DNA from: Octopus sinensis
Lineage: Eukaryota
Direction of reading: 5' to 3'
NCBI RefSeq assembly: GCF_006345805.1
Contig: NC_043018.1
Coordinates: forward strand, 15,562,001 to 15,626,000
Length of the DNA: 64,000 nt
Made by a program: the position numbers and the translations under genes. Of this stretch, positions 27,033-42,200 are shown in pieces (position 1 is the stretch's first letter; each line of letters starts with the position of its first letter). The notes beneath the pieces were generated by a model, which saw only the letters and a list, made by a program, of their open reading frames with translations, searched no databases and had not been told where the DNA came from.

Positions 27033-30000
27033 GTGTGTGTGTATATGTTTGTGTGTCTGTGTTTGTCCCACCAATATTGCTTTCTGTCTACCAAATCCAC
27101 TCACAAGGCTTTGGTCAGCCCGAGGCTATAGTAGAAGACACTTGCCCAAGGTGCCACGCAGTGGGACTGAACCCAGAACCATGTGGTTGATATGCAAGCT
27201 ACTTACCACACAAATAGTAAAGCATAATAAAAGTGGGTAAGAAATGTCTTGCATGAGAAAACTGGACTAAGTTACGCATGTAAATTAAGAGCCGCTGCAC
27301 ACATCACCGAGGCATCGGTGATCTATTCTCTATACCAGAGAAACTAGTTGTTGTCTTCTTGTAGAATTGAAACTGAAAAGCAACTCGTTCTTTGTACCTG
27401 TCTGTCTGTCAGTCTGTCTGTTTATTAACTGTTCAATTGCTGAATGCTTTTTTTCATCTGTTACGCGCTTATAGGTACATGCGTTCTACAGAAGCTGTAA
27501 TGGTCGTGCCTCCTGTAACTGTGCCATTGCAGTGAGATCAGGTGATGATGTCATACTGATTGACAGGTGTGGATCTTCAATGAAAATTAAGAAAACGACT
27601 CTGACCATTACACTCTTCCAGAATGGAGAACTTACACCAGGAACCAAGATTTACCGTCTTAATGGTGGGAAGAAATTTAAGGTATGGTTACACAAAGAAT
27701 TTCCCTTTCTGTCACTGTCTCACTATATGTGCATGTGTGTGTGTATGTATGTGTATATATATATATATATATATATAAATGGCAGTGTGTTTGGATGTTT
27801 GTGTGAATTTGCAGTCTACATCCGTTAATGAATCCTGATGAAAGTTTTTATACATTTTAAACCAACATCCAGTTTCTTATTAAGCTCATTGAAGTTTGAT
27901 AAAAATCTATAATTGGATGGCTAGGGTCCCTAGAAGGCCCTACATTTCTGGAAATTACTGGGTCAGGTAGTGTATATATATATATATATATATATATATT
28001 CATATGTATATATGTATATAATTAATAATATCAGGATAATGAAGATTTTAGAAATTCTTACTACCAGTGGCATAGCATAAAGAAAAATTAGTCAATAGAC
28101 TGTATATTATTCATACAAAATACAGTGTATATCTAAAACACATTAAGAGGTATCCATTATAGGACTCCCTTACACTAGAAGGAACAGCTAAAGTTCAAAC
28201 CACTAGATTAGGGATAAAATCACTGTATTTTATCTTTCTATATATAAACGGCAGTTTGTCTGTCTGTGTGTCTGTGTGTCTGTCAGGTTGTACCCTCACC
28301 CTGACCACGGCTTTCAACCGATTCTGATGAAACTTGACACACACATAGCCCAATGTCATAATTCAAAACTAACGCAGCAAAAATTTTGAAAAGTTTCCCC
28401 AGTTCTGAAAAAAATCGATAATGATTTCGACATGGGGTCGAGAATCTAAGCTTTTTATATGCAACACATTTTCTGTCTAGGGGACACAACTCGACCTTTT
28501 TATCGCCCAAAGGGACAGCTAGGAACATCGTATACACAGAAGTATTCGAGTGAAGAGAAGACATTGCAACCTACACATGCGCCTTCATTCCCTAGAGGGA
28601 AAGGACTAGATTGGGATTAGTCGTTGCCTACTAGGGGCTCTTACATACCCGGGCAACGCCGGGCTATGCTGCTAGTATATATATATATATAAATTCTTCC
28701 CATTAGAGGTATAGGAATATTTTTTAACTGGCCACAGCCTTAGGGCTGAAACATATAAAAGCATAAAAGAATAGCGTTGATTACAGAGTCTCATAAAGCA
28801 TGGCATAGCCTAACGAAGCACACTGTAAACCATGTGCCACTAAGCTGTATGATTGAACCCACTTTCAATAAAATTGTGGAGCAAAGTTTCTAATCCCAAG
28901 TCTGAGCAAATTTGTGAAAATAAACCCCGCTTTTTTTTTTTTTTTTTTTGCCGTTTTTGATGAGTAGGTTGTTTTACCTATTGGTACTTCTGTGATTGTC
29001 GAAAAAAGTAAATCTGGCAGATCTAACTACATTAATGTCTGGGTACAAGCCTCACCTATTGATTACAAAAACACTGAAGGTAAGTGTAGTACTTTTACTC
29101 ATATGTTTCCCTTATTCTTATTGCAGCATGGAAGGTGTTTATAAGCCATTTAAGAAACACACAAAAACCGTTAGATTCACTTCGACATTTAAATTTTAAT
29201 TTGTCAAAATATTTTCATCGTTTTGAGACCGCGACCTGTTCACTGACAGCACGGAATTTTGTTAGCGAACTATTTTGTTGCACGAACCCTTAAAAATCTA
29301 ACATGGACACTCAGTGGCCTTATGGGCCCCAAATGAGAATCACTGCTCTAAAATAACTTGAGACTTATGAAAGGAAAACTTTATATTACTCAAAATGTAT
29401 GAAACAGAAAAGTTTGAAAATAAACATGGACATTTAGGACAAACATATGAAAATGCTTTGGGCAGACGAAGGGTTGATTTCATTTAACAGTATGATAATT
29501 TTAGCATAAGCTAATATTATTATTGATTTCACCTTGAAAACATAGCATTATTTGCTGAAAATCATAGCAATTAATTCATTATCATCATCATCATCATCAT
29601 CCTTTAATGTCCATGTTCTATACTTGCATTGGTCAGATGGTTTGACAGAATCCAATGAGTTGAAGGACTGTATTGTGCTCCAATGTCTATTTTGGCATAG
29701 ATTTCAAAAATTATTGTTGTTTTTCAAATTAACATGTACAATATATTCTTTTATTTTATTCCCTATTTCCATTCTGTATGGCAGGATTGTGTGGAAACTT
29801 CGACGGCATTAAAGATAATGACTATGTAACACCTGACTCTAAAGTTCTCTCAATCAAGTCAAAACAACCAAATAAATTCTCCGAAAGCTGGCGGTAATTA
29901 AAAACTTTTAATATGCTTTATTTGACTGTTAAGTTTCCTTTACTAATAACAATGGTAACTGATGAAGAAAGCTGAGATTTCTAACAAGTGAATCTATTTT

Positions 30001-32293
30001 TTTTTCGTCAGAGTCAGTAGATGCAGCATAGTAAAAGCATAAAGAAATTTGCTTCATATTCATACGGTCCAGGGTTTGATCTCAGCATATTGCCACTTGG
30101 TCATGGGTCTTTTACTATAGCTCTGGGTCAACCCAAGCTTCAGGAGTGAAACCAAGCAGTTAGACAGATCGTAGAAGAAATTCTAAAGTCTAGTCTTGTC
30201 ACAGACTGCATCAGATTGATTCTGCTTGAGGATTATGTGTCGGAGGAATACTCAGCCGCTTATGAATTGCTTCAGTGAGCAGGAAGTAGTTCAGTGGATT
30301 GAACAAGTGAATATTCATTGTAGAAATTGATGAAGATCGTTTTCTGTTTGAACTGAGTTTGTTATTTATTAGGGTTTTGAAATTTCTTTAGCAAACAATA
30401 TTATTTTTGCCATCCTTTAATAGGTAATTTAGCAAAACAATATTATTGCAAGGCGAATTTCTCATCAGTAACCGGCCTCAATAACTAACTTATAATTCAG
30501 AGACAAGAACGCGTGTCCCGCCATTATATGTTATAATTTTTCAAAATATATATATATATATATATAATGAGCTTTTTCCAGTTTCCATCTACCAAATACA
30601 CTCACAAGAAGACACTTGCCCAAGGTGCCACATAGTGGGACTGAACCCATAACAATGTAACTAAGAAGCAGGCTTCTTACCACACAGCCATGCTTAATAT
30701 AGTAAATATAGTAAAATCTGCAATGTTGTTTTTTCCAATGCTTACTTTGCCCTCAGTGAAGTGGTGCTGAAGTATTCAATGTTGTTTGGCTCAAAAGTTT
30801 GTTGAGTCACAAACTTTAAATTAGTCCAAATCAAATTGATCTTTAGCCCAATCGTTAATCAATCAATTGATTGATTAATTAGCTTTTGTCTTTCTTTTGT
30901 TTATCTTCAGAGTTTCAGCAAAGGATACTCTCTATAATGGTTTCTGTGGAATCGATGACGATGAAATGAAGCATCCAGTTTTCTGTGACTGCAAGAAAGA
31001 GAAATCATCATGCTTAGCAAATTTGAATCTTCAAACATGTGACAAACTCCGCAGCAAAAACAACAAAAAAGGATCAAAAGGTAATTCCAATTAATATTTT
31101 AAAAGTATTTATTTATTGAAACATCAAAAGCTTTTCTGGGTATTGATTGATGAACTCATGATATGAAGGTCCATTGAAACATAAAACAGGAATTTGGCTG
31201 CATCTTGCTGCAGGATTGGCAAAATCATTAAAGCATAGGACAAATTGTCTTGTGGTATTTGTTCCAGCTCTTTACATTCTGAGTTCAAATATTGCTGTGA
31301 TTAACTTTGACTTTCATCCTTCCAATGTCAATAAACCAATGTACCAATCAAGTGGAAGCACTCCGTCGGTTACGACGACGAGGATTCCGGTTGATCCAAC
31401 CAACAGAAGAGCCTGCTCATGAAATTAACGTGTAAGTGGCTGAGCACTCCACAGACACGTGTACCCTTAACGTAGTTCTTGGGGATATTCAGCGTGACAC
31501 AGAGAGTGACAAGGCCGGCCCTTTGAAATACAGGTACAACAGAAACAGGAAGAAAGGGTGAGAGAAAGTTGTGGTGAAAGAGTACAGCAGGGATCACCAC
31601 CATCCCCTGCCGGAGCCTCGTGGAGCTTTAGGTGTTTTTGCTCAATAAACACTCACAACGCCCGGTCTGGGAATCGAAACCGCGATCTTACAACCGCGAG
31701 TCCGCTGCCCTAACCACTGGGACATTGCGCCTCCACAACCAATCAAATACTGAGGTCTGTTCAATTGAATAGTTTAATCCTTCTTGGAAACATTGGTCTT
31801 GCTCCAAAAGTTTTGGCTAAAAAACAATTTTTGGAACAGGACATGAGATTCTGTATGCTACAGTTCACCTAGTTGTCAAAAACAGGTATAAGAACTTCAA
31901 AGAAACATGTTTGCCTTATCTAAAAATTCTGGCTTATCCCCATTACTGAGCCTTGTAGTTTAATACCCCTTTTAATTAAATTAACTTTCCCATGTATGGG
32001 AGGCCGTGGAAAGGTCTGTCTACTCAATAAACTGGTTTCATTAACCAACAATAAATTTCTTTTCCTGGTTTCATATTCCAATTGAAAGTCATTTGGAACT
32101 GAATAATTATATTAATTGAGTAGTTATACATTTTATGCTGCAGTCCCTTAAAGTTTGCAATATAGTTCATAGACCTTCAGAGTTGGTGCATGTGATCTGG
32201 GGACCACAGTCAACCAGAACACAAATGCCACTTGCACTTTTGTCAAATACACTCAACTTTCTGCCAAACCATTAAATAATTTCTTTTTTGTTT

Positions 32294-32340
<47 letters not shown>

Positions 32341-35300
32341 GATTCCAAATTTTTCCACAAGGGCAACAATTTTGGGAGGGGGGATGAGTCGATTACATTG
32401 ACTCCAGTGTTCGACTAGTACTTATTTTACTGACTCTGAAAGGATGAAAGGCAAAGCTGACCTTGGTGGAATTTGAGTTCAGAATGTAAGACAGACCAAA
32501 TTCCGCTTAGCATTTCATTTGGTGTGCTAACATTTCTGCCAGCTTACTTTCTAATAATAATAATCCTTTCTAAATATACTTTTCTACACTAGGCACAAGG
32601 CCCAAAATTTTTGGAGAGGGGCCCAGTCAATTAGATCGACCCCCAATACACAATTGGTACTTAATTTATTGACCCCCAACAAAATGAAAGGCAAAATCGA
32701 CCTCAGCAGAATTTGGACTCAGAATGTAAAGAGAGATGAAATGCCACTAAGCATTTCACCTGGCATGCTAGTGTTTCTTATTTCTTTATTGCCCACAAGG
32801 GGCTATACATAGAGGGGACACACAAGGACAGACAAAGGTATTAAGTCGATTACTTCGACCCCAGTGCATAACTGGTACTTAATTTATTGACTCTGAAAGG
32901 ATGAAAGACAAAGTCAACCTCGGCGGAATTTGAGCTCAGAACGTAACGGCAGACGAAATATTGCTAAACATTTCGCCCAGCATGCTAACGTTTCTGCCCA
33001 CTTGCCACCCTATAGGCAGAAAGCCTGAAGTTTTGTGGGGAGGGGTTAGTTTATTCAATCGACCCCAGTACTTGACAGGTACTTATTTCATCAACCCTGA
33101 AAAGATGAAAGACAAAGTTCATCTAAGTGAGATCGCAATTGTTAGCACACCAGGTAAAATACTTAGTGGCATTCCATCTGTCTTTGCAGCCTGAGTTCAA
33201 ATTCCTCTGAGATCAACTTCGCTTTTCATCCTTCCAGGGTCAATAAAATAGGTATGAGTTGAGGTCCTGGGTCAATGAAATCGATTTACTCCCTCCCCCA
33301 AAATTTCTGGCCTTGTGCCAAAATTTGAATGACAATGATATTAATAATTATAATAATAATGATGACAATGGTAATGTTTGTAGTCATTGTAATAATGGTA
33401 AACAATGGTGATGATGTTGATGATGATTGTGATATAATTTTAATTAATTACTTACGAATACATTCCCTTTTTAATCGTTATTCTGTAGTGAAAGATGTAA
33501 CAGAAGTTGTCATGGAAACAATGATGGAAAGTCCACCCAAGAAATGCATTACAGGAAATGTGACCACCAATTTTGAATTCAATGCCACATTCATTCCACA
33601 AGTAAGTAGAATATTTGATATTTTTACTTAGATGTTTTTCGTTTTTTTTTTTATATACCTGCCTTTATTTTCTCATTTTATATCAAGACATATGTAAGTG
33701 CAGGCATGGCAGTTTGGCAAGAGGTGGCGAGCTGGCAGAAATGTTAGCACGCCATGCGAAATGCTTAGTGGTATTTCGTCTGCCGCTACGTTCTGAGTTC
33801 AAATTCCACTGAGATCGACTTAGCCTTTCATCCTTTCGGGGTCGATTAAATAAGTACCAGTTATGCACTGGGGTCAAAGTAATCTACTTAATCCCTTTGT
33901 CTGTCCTTGTTTGTCCCCTCTGTGTTTAGCCCCTTGTGGGTAATAAAGAAATAGGTATTTCGTCTGCTGCTACGTTCTGAGTTCAAATTCCACCTAGGTC
34001 AACTTAGCCTTTCATCCTTTCAGGGTCGATTAAATAAATACAAGTTATACACTGGAGTCAAAGTAATCGATTTAATCCCTTTGTCTGTCCTTGTTTGTCC
34101 CCTGTATGTTTAGCCCCTTGTAGGCAATAAAGAAATAAGAAGCTTGCTTCCCAACTACATGGTTTCACTTGCCCAAGTGTCCTCTACTATAACCTCGGGC
34201 TGACCAAAGCCTTGTGGGTGGATTTGGAAGACACAAAGGCTACTATATCTGGCCTTTGGTGCTCTAACACCTTGTCTGTCTGGCAGTCAAAATCCCAGAG
34301 GATTTTTGCCTTCCCCTTTTCGTCCATTACCTTTTCTGGTGTCTATTGGTACTATGCCCCCGTTGCCTCATATCCATACTTCCAGCATAGTAGCTAGAGA
34401 GGTTTGGGTCTACTTTGTGATGCCTGTACTTGTACCCTTTCTGCACAAGACTTTCACAAGCACTGACAATGTGAGCCATGCTTTGGAACCTCTTCCCAAA
34501 CATCCTGCAGAGGTTCATTGCACTTGTGTGGTATATTTCCACATCGTTATTATTATTAAGGCAGTAAGCAGGCAGAATTGTTAGCAAGCTGGACAAAATA
34601 CTTTGTGGCATTTCTTTCAGCTTTATGTTTAGTGTTCTAATTCCACTGACCTCAATGAAAGAAGCTCAAAGCAGTAACTGGAGAAAACAAAACATGATGG
34701 TCACAGGTGGAATGCTATTGACTAGAGATTTTACTGGGAAGCTAAGATTGCAACAATAATGATTAAAACATATAACTTAATTTTGTTTTTCTTATATTAT
34801 CTCTTTCTTTATGGAAAATATAATCAAGGTTTTTCTGGAAAACACATCAATAATTTTTATTTTATTTTATTTTATTTTATTTCTTGCTATAGGAATTGAA
34901 GTGGCCAACTGAGTCTGGTATCACTGAAAAGATTGCAACCGAAAAATGCCAAGGTTTCATAAAAAATAAGGCCTCTACCAAGGCCTGCTTAGATGTACTT
35001 CCCAATTCTGATTTGGTAACAACTGTTGATTCCTGCGTCACTGATATACAGGTGAAGTTGCATAAATTCTGTTTAGATAATTTCATGACATTCCAATAAG
35101 CACATTCACACAGGCACAGATAGGCTCTCATACATACAGTCATGGAACCTAGGTCTGAAAATTAGAATTTTTACATTAGAGGCACAAAGCTATATTTAAT
35201 TTGCTATAGATAGTATTACTTGGTCAAAAGTTTTGCAACATGGGTCTGAGAATTTTTTCTTATAGATATTGAACCATTGGATCAGTTATTAAGTATGTAT

Positions 35301-38300
35301 ATCTCTACATTGTACATATTTGAATCACATTGCACTTGGGCATAACAATTTTAATTTTTAAAAAAATGTTCCAAACTTTTGGCCTTGACTGTACATACAC
35401 CCATGAACATACATATACAGGCATGTCAGTGACTACATGTTCATGTATATATGAAAACACATCACTTTCAGGTGGGCCGGTCCTGTATTCACTTCTTCAG
35501 CAAGTCACTTACTCCTCTCTCTCTCTCTCTCTCACTCTGTCATAGTTTCTTATTCATCCAGTCTATACCCTGCTCAGTTGAGAGGTCTATCTTACAGGTA
35601 CTTTGTGTCCTCACCAGTGTTGGTGCCATGTAAAAAGCACCCACTACACTCTGTTAAGTGGTTGGTTGTTAGTAAAGGCATCGAGTTGTAGAAACAATGC
35701 TAAAGCAGGCATTGAACCTGGTGGAGCCCTCTGGCTCATTTGTTCATGTTGAACTATCCAACCCATGCCACCATGGGAAAAGGATGTTAAATGATGATGA
35801 TGATGATATATATACAAGCACACATCATCATTTATCATTTATCATCCACTTTCCATGCTAGCATGGGTTGGACGATTTGACTGAGGACTGGCGAACCAGA
35901 TGGCTGCACCAGGCTCCAATCTGATCTGGCAGAGTTTCTACAGCTGGATGACCCTCCTAACGCTGACTATGCTGAGAGTGAAGTGGGTGCTTTTACGTGC
36001 CACCAGCACAAGGGCCAGTCAGGCAGTACTGGCAATAGCCACGCTCAAATGGTGTTTTTTACATGCCATCTGTACAGTAGTCAGTACAGCGGCACTGGCA
36101 ACGACCTCGCTCGAATGTTTTGCTCATGTGCCACCGACATAAGTGTCAATAAGGCGATGCACATATATTTATATTCATACATATGCACCTATTTATATTC
36201 ATATATGTGTACTAACATATACACATATACAAACACACACGTTCATACATGCACACACACACACATACACATACACACACACACATACAAGCAGATGTGC
36301 TTATGCCTACACATTCAAGTTTGTAAACAGTCAGCTGTAGTGATAGTGCTTGTTGTTGTAGTTTTGTATTTCAAACCTATTTTACTCTAAATATTATATT
36401 CCAGATTATGGACAACTTTATGTGGGTTGATGAAGCTTTACAGAATTATCTTCAGTTATGCCTCATTGAAGTAGACACCAATATTGAACTGTGGAAAAAC
36501 GATTCTTCAAATGGCACTGACAAATCCATAGCAGAAATAATTCAGGACAATATTTGTCCAAGTGAATGTAATGATCAAGGAAAATGTGTTGAAGGTAATT
36601 CATTAATTCTTTCTCTTCCCTCTAATTATCTAATGATTGGATTCATTAATTACCTGTATTTAACTATTTTACCATTTCTAAAATTTATTTCAGAATTTTA
36701 ATAGAATTAATTTTGTCAATTTGACCAATTTTAGCACAAGTTCTTGGTGCATGGCTCAGTGGTTTGAGCAACAGGCTCACAGTCATGAGGTAGTGAGTTC
36801 AGTTTCTCAACCAGGCTGTGTGTTGTTCTTGAGTAAGACATTTTATTTCATGTTACTGCTGTTCATTCGGTTGTAGAAATGAGTTGCAACATCACTGGTG
36901 CCAAGCTGTATTGCCCTTTACCTTTCTCTTGGATAACATCAGTGGCACGAAGAAGGGAGGCATGGAGTGTATGGGTGACTGTTTGTCTCTATAAACAAAT
37001 TTGTCTGGACTTGTTTACATCTTTGTTTACAGATACATAAAGCAAGCATAAAGTGACACACCATAAACACAAACAGACACAACATAAAGAGGCAACATAA
37101 AGATACCCTCACATAAACAGAGCGTGGGAAAGAGAGAGAAACATGGCCTAAACATGGGTGCACAACATACAGACACAGCATAAACATAGAGGCATGACAT
37201 AGGGACACTGCATAAACATGGAGGAGCAACATAGACACAGCATAAACATGGGTGGCACAACATAGACACAGCATAAACATGGGTGGCACAACATAGACAC
37301 AGCATAAACATGGGTGGCACAACATAGACACAGCATAAACATGGGTGGCACAACATAGACACAGCATAAACATGGGTGGCACAACATAGATACAGCATAA
37401 ACATGGGTGGCACAACATAACACAGCATAAACATGGGTGGCAAACATAGACACAGCATAAACATGGGTGGCACAACATAGACACAGCATAAACATGGGTG
37501 GCACAACATAAACACAGCATAAACATGGGTGGCACACACATAGACACAGCATAAACATGGGTGGCACAACATAGACACAGCATAAACATGGGTTGGCACA
37601 ATAACACATAGACACAGCATAAAACATGGGTGGCACAACATAGACACAGCATAAACATGGGTGGCACAAATAGACACAGCATAAACATGGGTGGTGGCAC
37701 AACATAGACACAGCATAAACATGGGTGGCACAACATAGACACAGCAAAACATGGGTGGCACAACATAGACACAGCATAAACATGGGTGGCACAACATAGA
37801 CACAGCATAAACATGGGTGGCACAACATAAACACAGCATAAACATGGGTGGCACAACATAGACACAGCATAAACATGGGTGGCACAACATAGACACAGCA
37901 TAAACATGGGTGGCACAACATAGACACAGCATAAACATGGGTGGCACAACATAGACACAGCATAAACATGGGTGGCACAACATAGACACAGCATAAACAT
38001 GGGTGGCACAACATAGACACAGCAATAAACATGGGTGGCACACATAGACACAGCATAAACATGGGTGGCACAACATAGACACAGCATAAACATGGGTGGC
38101 ACAACATAAACACAGCATAAACATGGGTGGCACAACATAGACACAGCATAAACATGGGTGGCACAACATAGACACAGCATAAACATGGGTGGCACAACAT
38201 AGACACAGCATAAACATGGGTGGCACAACACAAGGACAACATAAACATGGAGGCACAACATAGAGACACGGTTACTGAAATTGAATTCCACTCTTAAGTT

Positions 38301-38949
38301 GTCTTTGGTCAGCTAAAGTCTATGGCAGAAAGCAGCTAGCCAAGTTGAGAACAAACTGGGAAACCATGTGGTTGCAAAGCGAACATCTTTATTATTTTTT
38401 GTATAGGACTTAAAAGTAACTGTAAAGAAATCAAAATTTTTTATTCTTCAGGTATCTGTGTATGTGATGGCCAATTTGAGGGTGTTGACTGTTCTATAAG
38501 CAAAATCAAAGGACCTACAGTATCTGAGTTGAAAAAGAAATTTTGTGACACAAAAATATATAAATGTGACAAAGCAATTGTCTTTGGAGAGAACTTCTTA
38601 GACAGTTCCAGTTTAACTTGTCATTTGAAAATTCAAAATGTAAGTATTTCATAATGACTTAAATTTTTCCTAATTTCTTAAATTTTTCATTTTTGCCATC
38701 TAAACATATTGGCCTTAAAATTCCAAACGATATTTGATTTGTAATGACTTTCACTGTGAAGGACTTATTAAAAATCTTGTTTTCTAAATTATATATATAT
38801 TGCCATGTTGTACCGCTGAACTCTACACAGTTTTTCTCTCTGTGTTTTTTTTTCATTACCTCTCCTTTTTTTTGTTTTAAATCCTTTCTGTCAAAGAGCA
38901 TAGGCTTTCCTACACCTGTATTTGTCTTTTATTTCCTGTAAATTTGAGC

Positions 38950-38981
<32 letters not shown>

Positions 38982-39152
38982 TATATATATAGGCACAGGA
39001 GTGGCTGTGTGGTAAGTGGCTTGCTTACCAACCACATGGTTCTGAGTTCAGTCCCACTGTGTGGCACCTTGGGCAAGTGTCTTCTACTATAGCCTCAGGT
39101 CGACCAAAGCCTTGTGAGTGAATTTGGTAGACGGAAACTGAAAGAAGCCCGT

Positions 39153-39208
<56 letters not shown>

Positions 39209-39210
39209 CT

Positions 39211-39267
<57 letters not shown>

Positions 39268-42200
39268 TTGTATACTGTCAACTTAATGTGACAGTTTCGT
39301 AAAGGGAATAACACCACTGTTATTTAGCCCTAGGACTGATGATGAGCAAGACTCAGCAACATGCATGTCCTCCTCTTCTATTTATGATTAATTTGTGAAA
39401 AAATAAATAAATGGCTATATATTATTGTAGATATCATATAGAAGAAATTGTACTGTTTGTGTCACTGTATTGATTTAAAACTCCCACAGGACTCTTGAAG
39501 GTCCTTTTCTCAAAAGAGAATATATCATTTCTGATTGAGTGCTTTTGTTTTGTAGACTGATTCACAAGTTCAAGGCCTGTACATAACAAGCGAACAAGTA
39601 CAATGTCCCATACAGAATGAAGGTAGATACGAGATTTCAATAAGCAACAATGGAGTTCTGAAGAGTACTGAAACTGTGGTCTTTACAAAGTATGATTCAA
39701 CATGCCAAATATGTACAGAAAATTCCTGTTCCCAGAAGGTAAATATCTGCTGAAGTAACTTCTCACTTTCTCTGTTAACAATGGAACCCTTACGAGGTTG
39801 CTCTATCTGCTGGAAATACTTTTGTAAAAGAGTCCATGCAGTGCCATGTAAAAACACCCATGTGGTGCCATGTAAAAACAACCAGCATACTTTGTAAAAA
39901 GGATTGGCATTAGGAAGGGCATCCAGCCATAGAAACCATGCCAAATCAGACTGGAGTATGGTGAAGCCCCCAGCTTGCCAGCTTTAGTCACACCATCCAA
40001 CCCATACTAGCATGGACAACAGATGTTAAATGGTGATGATGATAATTTCTATGGAGGATTTCTTCCATTTATGCAACACCATTTTAAAATAAGTCATCTC
40101 ATCTAACCCTCTGGCAATTCTGCTGATCCCTGGACTGGTTCTTTATTTACCAACTCCAAAACAATGAAAAACAAAGTTGATTGCTGTGCTATTTGAACTT
40201 AGGATCCAATGAGCCTACAGGTTATTTAATCTAATGCTTAAAGAACCTTACCAATTTGTCCCCTTTAAAACCCCTTAGAAAAGATCTCATTGATTAAACA
40301 CACCATCTGATAGGGACATTTTGTTTTGTTTTGGGGTTTTTTTTTTGCATGACTTAGCCAACAGAAGAGCAACACTCAGGACTATTTTGAGGGCCAGATT
40401 AGTGGCATGAAGGGGGAAATAAATGATTCAAATACTTGCAGCTGACTAAACTCCACTAAAAACATTCAAGGATCAGGTGGCAGTGTTAAATTAAAGGACA
40501 GATTAGGCCTCCCATCCAAGAATAGATACAGTTCCTCTGAGAAACTTCCACAGTTTCAGTGAATGAAATTACCTATAAGACTTTGGTTGCTCCAACGGTT
40601 TTATAGAAGGTGTTACATGATGGAATTGAACCTGCGACCTTATAGCAGTAAGGCAAGCTTCTAATTCAAATAGACAAACTCATGAAGTCTGGCCCAAACA
40701 CATCTGCTGCAGGCATAAAACCATCCATGGTTTCATGAAGAAAGATATGAATTTTGTAGACATTATTTTTCATTGTTGTTTGGCCTGGAGGGAAGGACAA
40801 TGCTTGTTACATTTTATAGGGCCTTTGAGACTAGTGGGAGGGATAAAGTTATTCGCAAACCAGAAACCCAACACTTGGCCCAAATGCTTGCGACAGTGGA
40901 CTCTGCTAAAGACACCCAAGATGCCAGGTGACTGTTGAATTATGTGACAGATTAGTCCATCACTCAATTTCCTTTCTGTTCTTGTTGATCCACAGCTGGA
41001 TAGATTATCAGCATGACATTGCCAATTTATCTCTCATGGTTGTAAGGCTTGCCTCTCCATGCCAGCTAATTGAATGTAAAACAGACTGCTTCCATTACTG
41101 TATGATTCACTCTGACCATCAGCAACTTGGTAGAATTTGAACTCAGACCTCAAAAATCCTATTTTTCCAATGCTCTAAAAATTCTGTTACTCTACCACCC
41201 TGAACTAATATTTATCAGCTATGGCAAAAATTGACATCTGCAGAGTTTGAACTCAAAGTATATAGCTTACACTGTAAAGTATTCCATTCCATCAATTTAC
41301 TCTGCTAGTTTGCCATTTTAAAGCTCAGATATTGAATTCAAATACCACTAAGGCAGGGTTCAGAGCTTCAGATGCAAAACAACTGTCAGTCATAAGTACA
41401 AGTAATATACTGGTTGCAATTCATTAAATTTCTCTTATACAAATCTTTAACTTTCTCTCAGTGTCAGAAATATTTTTAAGTTGTAGCATTTTCTTTAAGC
41501 TCTTTACATTCTGAGTTCAAATCCCACTAAAGTTAGTGTTGCTTTTATCCTTCTGGGTATCAGTCAAGTACAGAGTTGATTGATGGTGTCAGTTAACTCC
41601 TTCTTCTTAAAATGAGCAGCCTTGAGTCTAAATCAGAAACAACTTAGAATAACAGGGATAAGATGACACAATAAACCAGAAATAATTGGTTTCAAATTTT
41701 GGTACAAGGCCAGCAGTTTTAGGGGAGAAGGCAAGTCGATTCCAATGAACCTAGTGCTCTGCGAGTACTTATTTTCTCAACCCCAAAAGGTATGAAAGGC
41801 AAAAACCAACCTCAGCAGAATTTGAACTCAGAATGTAATGCCAAATGAAATACTGCCAAGCATTTTGGCCATTGTGCTAATGATTCTGCCAGCTCGAAAA
41901 TTGAATTTTTGTCATATATTTTTTTTTTTTTTCAGAGTAATGTTTGCAAGGTTGATGGAAATTGCCTTGGAGAATTTTACTTTAATGTGAAAAATTTTAT
42001 GGAAGTTTGTATACCATCAAATTCCTCTAATGCATGGTCAACATTCGATGGTTAGTTTGATTTTTTATATATTAATTTTGAGTGTATGTATGATGAACAG
42101 CTGACATTTTGATATTACAAGATAATATGTGAAAATGATTACAATAATAATTCTTTCTAAAGGAGGCACAAGGCCTCAAATTTGTGGGGTGGGGACTAGT

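Noticed and set aside
31660-31736. Possible tRNA gene on the minus strand
   Set aside because: A/B boxes are present, but I cannot fold a proper acceptor stem and it continues into a SINE body.
36939-38291. Three overlapping 370-450-aa Cys-rich ORFs on the minus strand
   Set aside because: Translation of a 31-bp minisatellite lacking stop codons; no independent evidence of a gene.
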